In this document: one piece after another, positions 1-13,151 of the stretch
Layout: each line of letters starts with the position of its first letter
Position numbering within the stretch: the stretch's first letter is position 1
Source of the DNA: Octopus sinensis
Lineage: Eukaryota
Assembly: GCF_006345805.1 (NCBI RefSeq)
Contig: NW_021833691.1
Coordinates: forward strand, 1-55,647
Direction of reading: 5' to 3'
DNA length: 55,647 nucleotides
Made by a program: the position numbers and the translations under genes
The notes under the pieces: generated by a model
The model's input: only the letters and a program-made list of their open reading frames with translations
Told to the model about the DNA's origin: nothing
Database searches by the model: none

Positions 1-419
1 TGTGTAATATATTACAATTGAATACACACTTACAACTGTCAGAGTGGGTGGAGGGGTATTAGATGAAAAATTGCTGTTGTTGTTGATGATGTTGTTGTTG
101 CTGATGTGTAGTTCCAGTGAACAATGAAGTTTGAAAACTTGAGATTGAATTCACAAACCTCAAGCACCCCCCTCATCTCTTTTGCTCTGTCTCCCCTTCC
201 CCCACATCTCCCTCTATATATGAGTATATGGCTTATTCCTCTCCGTGTTCCCCCAACCCCACCCCAACATCTTTCTACAGATGATTCCAGCTGGCCACAT
301 CAATCAATCACCAGTCTGGCCATTAGACGTCATGACTACAGTCACATCCCCTCCTCCTCCTCCCCCTTTTCTCATTTTATTAAATTAAAGGTACAGACAT
401 CATACACACACTCACACTT

Positions 420-423
420 ATAT

Positions 424-487
<64 letters not shown>

Positions 488-496
488 ATATATATA
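420..496. repeat. (TA)n microsatellite
   Basis: Direct reading: TATATA run with occasional C/G; the Helitron 5' end follows immediately. Confidence 0.95.
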
Positions 497-1014
497 TCTC
501 TATATATAAAACTGAAATGCGTTTTTACCACTTGGATCGCGTTCAATGCCACTACATCCTGTCCGATTTGCTCCAAAATTTACAGGGACATGTAGAATGA
601 GGTGACGATGCCCTAGCTTAAAAGGTGTGGTTGCTAGGGGCCATCTTCCTCACTCATGCTATTTCATCCTTTCCCTCTCTTACTCCCCTTCATTTATAAC
701 TTTGAGAAATCCACCCCCGTTATTTAATGTATTCCACTCAACTCCCTTTCACATTCCCTTTATAAGTTCATCAGACGGCGTTCTTTGATGTATCTGTCTG
801 TATTCATAGGGAGAATTATCATCGCCACAACTAATGTATATGTCTCCTCACTCACTCACTCACTCTTTTTCCTAATGATAATTATCATCGCCACCACCAC
901 CACCACCACCAACAAACAATACTCATTCTATTTCATACTAACGGCCTTCTTTTATGTATCTGTCTGTGTGAAAGAGAGAGATAACTGAAATTTTTTACTC
1001 GGTTTTTGTAGTGC

Positions 1015-1073
1015 GTGCGTGTGTATGCATGTATGTGTATATGTATGTATGTGTGTGTGTATGTATCTATGTA

Positions 1074-1106
<33 letters not shown>

Positions 1107-1316
1107 GTGTGTATGTGTATATGTATGTGTGAGTGTATGTATGTATGTACCTTTGCCTGGTTATGTAGTGGTCTGCTATGTAGAAAATAATGAGGTTGAC
1201 TCAATGGAAATACATACACACACACATACATACACACACATACACACATACATACACACACATACATACACATACATACACACACATACATACACATACA
1301 TACACACACATACATA
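1015..1316. repeat. Compound (GT/GTAT)n and (CA/CATA)n microsatellites
   Basis: Direct reading; explains the spurious VCVY/THT ORFs. Confidence 0.9.
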
Positions 1317-2092
1317 GATGCAGACCTATGTTAAAAGTGCTGGCAAGTTTGCATGACAACTATTTTTTTCTCAAATGAAAGTCGTGACCTCTAGGACAAA
1401 ATTCCTCATCTTATAAAATGTGGCCCCAGTACACCCGAATGAAATCGCGTTATATTAACGAAAATGTGAAAAGGGGTCTAAATGAGGCTGGAAAGGGATT
1501 AAAATTTAAAGGAGCGGTTGTTTAGGAATTCTCTGTTACATCAAGCTAAAAAATTTGCGCCAGCCTTTTAATCGTCAATGTGTTGCCGTCCATGATGAAG
1601 AGGTTTTGAATGCTTGCCATGGTGAGTCTACTGTTGTGAAAGAGAATCACTTCAAAACTTGGTGTTTACGAATTTTCTTTTACATCAAGTTCAAAATTTT
1701 ATGCCAGCCATTAAACTGTCAATACGTTGCTGTCCATCATTAAGAAAAGCCAGCCATGCTGACTCTACTATCCTCAGATTCTATCCCTTCAAACTTTGCT
1801 TTCCAATACTTTATTATTTTTATTCAGCTCGCAAGTTCGTCTGTCCCTTTTAAATGTTAGTGTTTTGCTGTCTGCCTTGAAGCAGACCTTTCCGTTGCCA
1901 CTGCCTGATATTTATGATTGATCTTTCTAAATATTTTATTTCTCAACTTACTCAAGATCTTTTGTTGTTTATAAATGGGAGAGAGATAGATAAATATGGA
2001 GAGTAAGAGAAAGTGAGGGAGAGTCCGAGAGAAAGGAAGAGTAAGAGAGTGGGGGAAGTGAGAGAGAAAGGAGAGAGAAACAAAGAGGGAGA

Positions 2093-2402
2093 ATCATCAT
2101 CATCATCATCGTTTAACGTCCATTTTCCATGCTAGCACAGGTTGGACAGTTTGACCGGGGTCTGGGAAGCCAGGAAGCTGCACAAGGCTCCAGTCTGATC
2201 TGGCAGTGTTTCTACAGGTGGATGCCCTTCCTAACGCCAACCACTCTGTGAGCGTAGTGGGTGCTTTTTTCGTGCCGCCAGCACAAGTGCCAGGGGGGCT
2301 AGCAACGGCCACGAGCGGTTGGTGTATTTTACGTGCCACCAGCACAGAAGCCAGTCAAGGCGGCGCTGCAATCGGCCACGTTCAGATGGTGCTTTTTACG
2401 TG
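2093..2402 (-). mobile_element. RTE 3'UTR/tail fragment embedded in the Helitron
   Basis: The reverse complement contains GAGTGGTTGGCGTTAGGAAGGGCATCC...GGACGTTAAACGATGATGATG, the same tail that ends the RTE copies at ~12796 and ~49688. Confidence 0.85.
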
Positions 2403-2471
2403 CTGAAAGGAAGCAACAGAAAGTAACAACCACACTCTTACCCGCGCGTAGAGCGGGTCACCTTCAGCTAG

Positions 2472-2480
2472 TATATATTA

Positions 2481-2520
<40 letters not shown>

Positions 2521-2528
2521 AATATATG

Positions 2529-2559
<31 letters not shown>

Positions 2560-3495
2560 GTATGTATATATATGTTATATATATGTATATATATATGTAT
2601 ATATATATACATGTATATATATATATGTATATATATATATGTATATATATATATGTTATATAGATGTATATATATATGTATATAATATGTATAATGTATA
2701 TATATAATATATATGTATATATATTAATATATATTGTATATATATATGTATATATATTATATAGAGATATAATATATATGTATATATAGTATAATATATA
2801 TGTATATATAGATGTATATTAATGTATATATATATGTTATATTATGTAGTATAATATGTAATATATATAATATATATGTAGTCTATAATATATATATATA
2901 ATTATATGTAATATATAATATATATGTATATATATATATGTATATATTATATTATATAATGTATTATATATATGTATATATATAATATATATGTATTATA
3001 TAATCTATATGTATATATATATGTTATATATAGTATATATATATATGTATATTATATATGTATATATATGTTATATATATATATAATAATTATATAGGTA
3101 TATATATATTGTATATATGTATATATATATGTATATATATATGTATATATATATTATATGTATATATATAGTAATATATATATATATAATCTATATATGT
3201 ATTATATATATATGTATATATATATATATGTATATATAATATATATATATATGTAGGGGATATATATATATGTATATATATAGTATATGTATTATCCTAT
3301 ATGTTAATATAGTAATATATATATATATGTATATATATATGTATATATATGTATATATATATGTATATATGTATATATTATATATATATATATATGTATA
3401 TATGTATATATATGTATATATTATATATATGTTATATGATATATATATATATATATATGTATCTATATATATATATGTATATCTATATATGTATC

Positions 3496-3545
<50 letters not shown>

Positions 3546-3623
3546 GATGTATATATATATATATATATATGTTATATATTAATATGTATCTATAATTATA
3601 TATATGTATATATATATATAATG

Positions 3624-3658
<35 letters not shown>

Positions 3659-3697
3659 GTCTATATATTATATATATGTATATATATATATATATAT

Positions 3698-3746
<49 letters not shown>

Positions 3747-3853
3747 ATATATCTATATATATCTATATACGTATATAGATAATCTATGTATATATATATA
3801 TGTATATTATATTATGTATATGTATATATATATATATATATGTATATATATTA

Positions 3854-3907
<54 letters not shown>

Positions 3908-4133
3908 GTTATATATATATATGTAATATATATTATAATTATATATATGTATATATATATATATTATATATATATATAATATATGTATATATATATATAT
4001 ATATATAGTATATAATATATCTAATATATATATATGTATATATATATATTATATATATATATGTATGTATATATATATATATCTAATATCTTATAGTGTT
4101 ATATATTATATATATATATATATATATAATATG

Positions 4134-4179
<46 letters not shown>

Positions 4180-4419
4180 TATATATATATATGTATATAT
4201 ATAATATATATTGTATATAATATATAATATATGTATATATATATTATATATATCTATATTATATATAATATATATATATGTATATATATATATATGTATA
4301 TATATATGTATATATATATATATTATGTATATATATATGATATTATATGTATATATATATAATATATATGTATATATATATGTATATATATATGTATATA
4401 TATAATATATATATGTATA

Positions 4420-4468
<49 letters not shown>

Positions 4469-4842
4469 ATATGTATATATATATATATGTATTATATATG
4501 TATATATATATATATGTATATATATATGTATATATATATATGTATATATATGTGTATATATATATGTTATAGATATATATATGTATATATATATGTATAT
4601 ATATATATATGTTATATATATATATATATGTATATAATATATTATGTACATTATATATAATATATATAATGTATATATATATGTCCATATATATATATCT
4701 GTATATACATATATAGATATATGTAATATACATATATAAAATATAGATACCATATATATATATATGTATTATACATATATATGATATATATATATATACA
4801 TATATATATATGTATATATACATATATATATATATGTATATA

Positions 4843-4895
<53 letters not shown>

Positions 4896-5243
4896 GTACT
4901 ATATATATATATATGTTATATAGACATATATATATATATATGTATATATACATGTATATATATATGTATATATACATATATATATATGTATATATACATA
5001 TATATATATATGTATATATACATATATATATATGTATATATATATATATACATATATATATATGTATATATACATATATATATATGTATATATAATATAC
5101 ACATATATATATATGTATATATACATATATATATATGTATATATATATATATATGTATATATACAATATATTATGTATATATACATATATATATATGTAG
5201 ATATATATATATACATATATATATATGTATATATACATATATA
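2472..5243. repeat. Very long degenerate (TA)n / (TATG)n microsatellite (~2.8 kb)
   Basis: Direct reading; source of all the poly-IY/MY ORFs. Confidence 0.97.
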
Positions 5244-5596
5244 TAACGGGAAGCTTTATGAAAATAAACAAAAGACGACGGCAGGTGGAAAACAAACGAA
5301 CAATTGTATTAGTATGGCGCTCAGGAAATATAAATAAAACAAGTCTTTAACGTTTCGAGCCTACGCTCTTCAACAGAAAGATACACAGAGAGAGAAGAAC
5401 ACAGAAAGAAGGAGAGAAAAAAATGCGTGCAGTAGCTAACGAATCAACATGGCGATCTGATTTCGGCCAGAGGTCAAAGATCAAACATGAGACGCGAGAG
5501 CGAAATAAGGGGAGATAATAGGGTTGATAATGGGTTGAGGGACCAGCTAAAAGTGCGTGGGGGGGTCTGGATGTGTGTATGTATAGGGTTGGTGTA
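5244..5596 (-). repeat. PLE pseudo-LTR, downstream copy
   Basis: Near-identical to 9487-9837 (TAACGGGAAGCTTTATGAAA...GGATGTGTGTATGTATAGG). Confidence 0.9.
5344..5381 (-). ncRNA. Minimal type I hammerhead ribozyme-like motif (A6U core variant)
   Basis: Minus strand reads UCUUU-CUGUUGA-A-GAGC(GUAG)GCUC-GAAAC-GUU-AAAGA: stem I UCUUU/AAAGA, stem II GAGC/GCUC, palindromic ACGU stem III. Confidence 0.65.
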
Positions 5597-5989
5597 AGTA
5601 TTAGTATGTACTAGTATGTATTAGTACGTATTAGTATGTATTAGTTGGTTGTGTATTAGTATGGCACATCATATGTGATGTGATGTGTAAAGTCATGTGG
5701 TTGTAGTGAGGAGAAGAGGGGGGGGGGAAAGAGGGGGAAGGGGGAGAAGAGGGGGAGAGAAGGGGAGGGGAAGAAGAGAGGAGGGAGAAGGGGGGAGAGG
5801 AGAGGATGGGGGAGAAGGAGGGGATGAGGGGGAGAGAGAAGGGAGAGAGGGAGTGAGGGAGCAGAGGGAAGGGGAAGAGGGAGGGAGAAAGAGGGAAGAA
5901 GGGAAGGTGATAGGGTGAAAGGATGAAGGACTGAAGAAGTAGGGGTCGGGGGAAGAAAGGATAGGTGAGGAGGGGGGTGAGGTTAGATG

Positions 5990-8830
5990 AGGAGGGGGAG
6001 AGTTGAGACCAAATGGCGTATAAGAGCGAAGAGAGAAGATTATTCCTGTTCACGGCGCAAACGGGAATCCGGATGGCCTCTGTGTAAGGACAAACCGAAC
6101 ACAGATAGGTGTTGCAAGGAGTGACCGGTGGAGCGGGAAATGGCGTGAGACCGGTGTGTCGTTCGCAAGGTGGATGTCACGAAGGTGTTCCGCGAACCGG
6201 TCAGCCAAGCGGCGTCCCGTTTGTCCGATGTACAAGGAATTGCAGAGAGAGCAAGAGATGCAATAGATAATATTGCTGGAGGTGCAAGTGAAGGAGTGGA
6301 TGATGGGATAGGGTCGATGGTGGGTGTCTAGTGAGGGGGTGTGTGTTGGAGAGGTAAGGGCAAGTGCGGCAACGTGGGCGGGAGCAGGGGAACGAGCCGG
6401 GTTGGGAGGTAGGGTCAGGGAAGGAGCTATGGACCAAAAGGTCTCGAAGGTTGTGGGCTCGTTTGAAAGAGGGGAGGGGTCGGTTAGGGAAGAGGTGTGA
6501 AGTGGACGGGTCGGACTGGAGATGACGGAAAGCTCGAAGAATGGTGCGTTGGAGACGTAGGGTCGTGGGGTGGTAAGTGAGGGGAAAAGGGAGGCGGGAG
6601 ACTACATACAGGGCGAGTTCGGGGAGAGAGAGCAGATACACGGTCCACGGACCGTGCTCTGGCAAGGGCGGTGTGATATGGGTGAGGGGGTATCCACGTA
6701 GGGTGAAGTGGTGAGCCATACGTTGAGACTGAGTCTCAAGTCATGGTCGTCACTACAGAGCCTACGTAGACGGAGGAATTGGGATAGGGGATGGAAAGCT
6801 GGTGTGTTCTGGGTGGGAGGAAGAGAAGTTGAGGTATGAGTGTGAGTCTGTGTGTTTGTAGTGAATGGAGGTGGTAAGAGTGGAGTGAAGAATGCTAACC
6901 GAAATGTCGAGGAAGGAGACAGAGGTGTTGAGATAGTGGAAGTGAAGTGGAGGGCTGGATGGAAAGATTGGACGAAAGAGAGGAAGGAATCTAGATGTTC
7001 GCGGGAGAGTGAGGGGCACCGATAATGTCGTCAATATAACGACCATATAGTTCAGGAGTGGGACCAGTGAAATTAGAGAATATTGGGCCTCAACATAGCC
7101 AGCCAACGAACAGGTTCGCATAGTTGGGGCCATTCGCGTTCCCATGGCCACTCCCGAGACCTGATGGTAGAACTCGCCCGCGAACGAGAAGCAGTTCAGA
7201 GTAAGGACACAGTTCGGCCAGACGAATGAGTGTGGAGGTGTCAGGTACAGGGTTAGAGCGGAGGTCAAGAAAGTGTCGAAGGGCCTGCAGTCCTTCGTGG
7301 TGAGGGATAACAGTATAGAGGCTTTGATGTCCATAGTAAAAAGGATTTTGGAGGAGCCGGGAGGAAAGGAGAAAGAGTTGAAAAGCCGGAGAGCATGGTT
7401 TGGTATCGTGGATGTGGGAGGGAAGAGATGCCACTAGGGGGGCAAGGACACGGTCGAGGTATTTAGAGATGAGCACCGTGGGGCAGTTACAGGCGGAGAC
7501 GATGGGGCGGCCAGGGTTGTTGGGTTTGTGGATTTTGGGGAGGAATAATGGTGGGGGTACGTGGGGTTCGCACAATTAGGTTGGATGCGGTGCGGGGGAG
7601 ACGGAGGACGAGATGAGGTCTTGGACAGTAGAGGATACCGTCTGTTGGTAGCTACGTGTGGGGTTAGAGGGCAGAGGGGAATAGAAGGAGGTGTCATTGA
7701 GTTGGCGGAAAGCCTCGGCCCTATAGAGGTCCGCGCGCCACACCACTACAGCTCCACCCTTGTCAGCCGGTTTGATGATAATGTCAGCGGCCGTTGGAGG
7801 GAACGAAGAGCCAAGAGCTCAGCCGGGGAGATGTTGAGGCGGCGTTGGCGCCTGGAGAAGTTGAACCGCTCCAATGCACGCTGACAAGCGCCCGCGAAAA
7901 GATCCACTGCTAGGATCTGGCCAGGGGCAGGCGTCCACGGGGATGGTCGGCGGCCCAGGCCAGTGAAGCAGTCGTCCTCTTCGTTGGGTGTGGGTGGCGA
8001 GTCGTGGTAATGCGCACCCAACCGACACGGCGCACAAAGCTGTGGACATCAACTCGCGTCTGGAATTCCTTACAGGATGGAGTGAGGGGGATGAAACGCA
8101 GACCCCTACCAAGGACGGAGCGTTCAGCCGCAGAGAGGGGAAGATCGTGGGGAATGGTAACAACAGACGGAAGTGGAGAAGGGGTGGATGGAATAGAAGT
8201 AGGAGGGGTGTAGGTCTCGTGGAGGTCTGAGGGGGAGGGATTGGAGAGGTGTGTAGGGGTGGTTGTGCGGGGCAGTAGGGTTAGGTGTAGGTGGATGGAG
8301 CCTAACGGGAGGGGAGAAGGGGTTGTAGGGAGGGGCAGTGGGGTTAGGTGTGGGTGGATGGAGCCCATCGGGAGGGGAGAAGGGTGGTGGAGGAGTTGGG
8401 GTAGTGGCGTCGGGTAGGGTGGAATGGAAGAGTGATTGGAGTTTACGAAGTTTGGTATCAGAAAGAAATTGATGGAAGAGTTGATTCAAATGGATAATGA
8501 AGCGTAGCGTGTTTGGAGCATAGAGAGGCGGCAGAGAGGAGAAGAAGGTGGAGAAAGCAGGAGGAAGAAGGCGGTTGATGGCATGTAGTTTGGAGAGATT
8601 GAAGCGAATGGTGGCCCGCATAAGGCGGTAAGATGTGGTGCGGAGTATGGGTAAGATGGAAGAATCCGAGTGGAGAGCAAGGGTGGAAGTGGAGGCGGAA
8701 ACCTTTAGGGATGAGTCGGTGATGTAGGCAGCGGCTTAGGAAAGAGACATGGCTAGAGAAGCGGGTTTTTAAAAAAGAAGTAGAGAGAGATTAACGGACG
8801 GCTGAAGGCAATATACATGAAGCGAACGTA
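5990..8830 (-). pseudogene. PLE RT + GIY-YIG endonuclease ORF, frameshifted
   Basis: Fragments in several frames: N-terminal FLSRCLHHRLIPKGF, KIHKPNNPGRPIVSACNCPT, GVAMGTRM / GPNYANLFVG, SFLDISV...HSYLNFSSSHP, CSRPRCRTC, YIGQTGRRLADRFAEHLRDI, C-terminal ...YTPFGLN. Ends approximate. Confidence 0.88.
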
Positions 8831-9486
8831 GATGATCCTTCAAACGGTGATGGAGAGTGAGGAGGTAGGACCTAGGATCCGGCATGATGGGATAGCGGAA
8901 AAAAAAACGTTCGAAAAAACAAAAAACAAAAATTATCGTATGAAAAAAATAGAAAAAAAGGATAGCGAAAAAAGGGGAAAAAACAAACGTTCAAAAAAAA
9001 AAAAAAATATAATCGTATTAAAAAACTAGATAAGTAAGCGATAGGGGCAGAAAAGACGGGGCAAACGGAAAAGGGAAAGAAAGAAGGGAAGCAGAGAGAG
9101 GGGGAGGCAAAAAAGGGGGGTGCAGGCAGAGGAAACGGAGTATGACATCCAGAGAGGGAAGAAAGACGGAAAGGAGAACAAAAATTCAGGAAAATGTGGG
9201 AAGCATGAAATGAATGTAAAAAAAGTGGTAATATAAGAGGAAATAAAAATCAACAAACGGGACAGTTTATGCGAACAAGTTCAAGGTTGAAAGTTCAAGG
9301 TGAGAAATGTGTAGACGTCGTGGTATATTTTTAAGGATTTCACATCAATGCAAAGTCACTTTGATCCGCGAAAGAGGTGCACCAATGGTAAGTATCCAGA
9401 GGTAAAGAAAATCCAAGGTAGAGGTAAGTGTTGAGTGGTATTGTAGAATATAGGATGAAAGTGAGACCACGTGAGCGCATAATATA

Positions 9487-9837
9487 TAACGGGAAGCTTT
9501 ATGAAATAAACAAAAGACGAAGGCAGGTGGAAAACAAACGAACCATTGTATTAGTATGGCGCTCAGGAATATAAATAAAACAAGTCTTTAACGTTTCGAG
9601 CCTACGCTCTTCAACAGAAAGATACACAGAGAGAGAAGAACACAGAAAGAAGGAGAGAAAAAAATGCGTGCAGTAGCTAACGAATCAACATGGCGATCTG
9701 ATTCGGCCAGAGGTCAAAGATCAAACATGAGACGCGAGAGCGAAATAAGGGGAGATAATAGGGTTGATAAATGGGTTGAGGGACCAGCTAAAAGTGCGTG
9801 GGAGGGGTCTGGATGTGTGTATGTATAGGTTGGTGTA
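9487..9837 (-). repeat. PLE pseudo-LTR, upstream copy
   Basis: Direct repeat of 5244-5596. Confidence 0.9.
9585..9622 (-). ncRNA. Minimal type I hammerhead ribozyme-like motif (second copy)
   Basis: Identical to 5344-5381. Confidence 0.65.
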
Positions 9838-9953
9838 TGTATAGTATGTATAAGGGTGTGTGTGTATGAGAGAGTATAGTGCGTAAGATTGGTCTGGACG
9901 TGCGTATGTATGGGGTTGGTGTATGTATTAATGTATAATACATATATATATAT

Positions 9954-9989
<36 letters not shown>

Positions 9990-10038
9990 CATATTATATA
10001 TGTATATATATATAATTTGAAACTGACTTATTGGAAGT

Positions 10039-10080
10039 CCACCTGAAGATTGTCGATCACGACAAGAAACGATGTAGTGG
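10039..10080 (+). ncRNA. Type I hammerhead ribozyme, canonical core
   Basis: CCAC-CTGAAGA-TTGTCG(ATCA)CGACAA-GAAAC(GAT)GT-A-GTGG. Stem I CCAC/GTGG, 6-bp stem II, short stem III, GUA cleavage triplet. Confidence 0.85.
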
Positions 10081-10169
10081 CGGTTTTTTGACTATTTATT
10101 AAATTTTATGTATTGATTAAGTCTTTCCTTGTTTGTTTTGCAGAATAGTGGTTTTGTCTCTAATAATAT

Positions 10170-10483
<314 letters not shown>

Positions 10484-10487
<4 letters not shown>

Positions 10488-11196
10488 AGCACATTACCAG
10501 GATGGCAACAAATGCAGACGACTGCTGGGTGGATCCTAAGACATTCAGAACCAGAGATAAGGAAACTGATGGTCCTCTGGCGGACATTCAACTCAGCCGC
10601 CTGGATTACTGCTCACAGCTATGGTCACCCACCAGTGTAAAATTAACACGCGGACCTTGAAGCAATCCAGAGTAGATTCACAAAGAAGATCGTCTCTTTG
10701 CACCTCTCAGCTACTGGGAAAGGTTGAAACAGCTAAGACTCTACTCCCTGGAGAGAAGACGGAGAGGTATGCAGTAATATATGTCTGGAAGATCCTGGAA
10801 GGAATTGTGCCCAATTTGGCATTGTAAGCTACACCAATGCTAGAACGGGACGACACTGCATAGTGCCAAAGATCCCAGCAATGCCATCATGCTTCAGACC
10901 AGCTTCTGCAACAGCCTGGGTTTCAAGGGCCCACAGCTTTTCAATATTCTCCCAAAGAGTCTGAGGAACTTGCACAAAGTAGATGTAGCGGTTTTTAAAT
11001 CAAAGCTGGACATCTTCCTGTCAAGAGTCCCAGATGAACCTACCTTGCTGCAAGAGGTGCAAATGAGAGTAGCTGTATCAAACTCCATTCTTCACCAAGT
11101 GCCACATATTAGACGAGGTTCGTCGTAATAACAGTGTAGCACAAAACGGCGGGGCATCAGCATGGCTGCAGTTCTGAGCTGAAACTACAAAAAAAA
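10484..11196 (+). mobile_element. 5'-truncated CR1/L2-group LINE, 3' end (degenerate)
   Basis: Across frames: [18 protein letters not shown]...SYWERLKQLRLYSLE..RERYAVIYVWKILEGIVP, FKGPQLFNILPKSLRNL...FKSKLDIFLSRVPDEP. This is the typical post-RT C-terminus of CR1/L2-like ORF2. Ends in an A-run. Confidence 0.75.
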
Positions 11197-11244
11197 TATA
11201 TATATACATAAATATATATATATATATATGTCTATATATATATG

Positions 11245-11298
<54 letters not shown>

Positions 11299-11307
11299 TA
11301 TATATAT

Positions 11308-11352
<45 letters not shown>

Positions 11353-11361
11353 TATATATGT
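11197..11361. repeat. (TA)n microsatellite
   Basis: Direct reading. Confidence 0.95.
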
Positions 11362-12792
11362 ACCCAGTGTAAGCTATCGACACATAAGAGGTGCAGCAAT
11401 GTCAAAGGTAGGCTAACTGGGAAGATAGTTTTTGTATGTGGCAGATGCTCGGGAGCATTAACCTCCGAAAATCTGCAGAAAACAACTTCCGTCACTTTCC
11501 AGGGAGAAAAACTAGAAGTAGTTGATAGCTTCCGTTATCTAGGTGACCAAGTCAGTAGTTGGGGTGGATTCGCTGAAAGTGTAACTGCTAGAATAAGAAT
11601 AGCCTGGGCAAAGTTTAGGGAGCTCTTACCTCTGCTGGTGACTAAAGGCCTCTCGCTCAGAGTAAAAGGCAGACTGTATGATGCGTGTGTACGAACAGCC
11701 ATGCTACATGGCAGTGAAACATGGGCCGTGACTGCTGAGGACATGCGTAAGCTCGTGAGGAATGAAGCCAGTATGCTCCGATGGATGTGTAATGTCAGTG
11801 TACATACTCGACAGAGCGTTAGCACCTTGAGAGAAATGTTGTACCTAAGAAGCATCAGTTGTGGTGTGCAAGAGAGACGATTGCGCTGGTATGGTCATGT
11901 GGCGAGAATGGCTGAAGATAGTTGTGTGAGAAAGTGCCAATCCCTAGCAGTTGAGGGAACCTGTGGAAGAGGTAGACCCAGGAAAACCTGGGACGAGGTG
12001 GTGAAGCACGACCTTCGAACTTTAGGCCTCACTGAGGAAATGACCAGCGACCGAGACCTTTGGAAATATTCTGTACGTGAGAAGACCAGGCAGGACAAGT
12101 GAGCCCTGCCCACTTATGAATGCCTTTCCTCCCTTGGACACAAAGACCTGTTGAGGCAAGCGAAGTCGATATAGAATCTCATCCGACGACAGGCACCCAT
12201 GCCAACCCCCTCTGCTTGCGAAGACATGTTGGGGCAAGCGAAATCGAAATCGAAACCGAATTGAACCAGCCAGGATCCCTGGTCAGGTGGTACGTAAAAA
12301 GCACTATCCGACTCATGGCCGATGCCAGCGCCGCTTCGACTGGCTTCGGTGCCGGTGGCACGTAAAATACTCCAATCCAACCGTACGACAGGCACCCATG
12401 CCAACCCCCTTTGCTTGTGAAGACATGTTGGGGCAAGCGAAATCGAAATCGAATTGAACCAGCCAGGATCCCTGGTCTGGTGGTACGTAAAAGCACTATC
12501 CGACTCGTGGCCGATGCCAGCCCCGCCTCGACTGGCTTCCGTGCTGGTGGCACATAAAATACACCAATCCGACCGTGGCTGTTGCCAGCCTCGCCTGGCA
12601 CCTGTGCAGGTGGCACGTAAAAAGCACCCACTACACTCACGGAGTGGTTGGCGTTAGGAAGGGCATCCAGCTGTAGAAACATTGCCAGATTAGACTGGAA
12701 CCTGGTGCAGCCTTCTGGCTTCCCAGATCCCCGGTCGAGCCGTCCAACCCATGCTAGCATGGAGAACGGACGTTAAACGATGATGATGATGA

Positions 12793-12796
<4 letters not shown>
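11362..12796 (+). mobile_element. 5'-truncated RTE-clade LINE (C-terminal ORF fragment, 3'UTR, (GAT)n tail)
   Basis: 11638-12102 encodes TKGLSLRVKGRLYDACVRTAMLHGSETW...RLRWYGHVARM...GRGRPRKTW, nearly identical to the end of the 44640-47771 ORF. Ends GGACGTTAAACGATGATGAT. Confidence 0.92.
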
Positions 12797-12853
<57 letters not shown>

Positions 12854-12854
<1 letters not shown>

Positions 12855-13021
12855 TAGCTGAAGGTGACCCGCTCTACGCGCAGGTAAGAGTGTGGTTGTT
12901 ACTTTCTGTTGCTTCCTTTCAGCACGTAAAAAGCACCATCTGAACGTGGCCGATTGCAGCGCCGCCTTGACTGGCTTCTGTGCTGGTGGCACGTAAAAAG
13001 CACCAACCGATCGTGGCCGTT
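12854..13021 (-). mobile_element. Helitron 3' terminal fragment, cut by the Tx1 array
   Basis: CTAG at 12854-12857 next to (TA)n and the hairpin (one mismatch). Matches 50379-50544 until the Tx1 sequence begins. Confidence 0.8.
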
Positions 13022-13151
13022 TCTAGAGTTCGGATTTGTGCTATTATTGTTTGTGCTAACTGTTTTGAACAGTGCCCGTTGTAAAACGGTAATTTTCGCC
13101 CTACGGGGCAGAAAATTTTGTATTACCTGCGTTTTTATTACCTTCGAGGTA

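Larger units (their letters stand above)
497..2471 (+). mobile_element. Non-autonomous Helitron, apparently complete (~1.97 kb)
   Basis: 5' A|TCTCTATATATAAAACTGAAATGC. 3' end has hairpin ACCCGC-GCGTAGA-GCGGGT (2440-2458), a 9-nt spacer, then CTAG|T (2468-2471). It sits between A and T in (TA)n. An inverted homolog lies at 50379-52420. No RepHel ORF. Confidence 0.8.
5244..9845 (-). mobile_element. Penelope-like element, Neptune-type, with direct terminal repeats (pseudo-LTRs)
   Basis: ~355-bp direct repeats at both ends. Internal minus-strand RT and GIY-YIG fragments with a Cys-rich linker (CSRPRCRTC). Confidence 0.88.

Noticed and set aside
2472-5337. Many poly-Ile/Tyr ORFs (also at 124-600, 1015-1378, 9714-10660, 11078-11495)
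   Set aside because: Artefacts of (TA)n and (GT)n microsatellites.
8832-9256. Lys-rich and Phe/Leu-rich short ORFs upstream of the PLE ORF
   Set aside because: Low-complexity A-rich sequence with no domain motifs.
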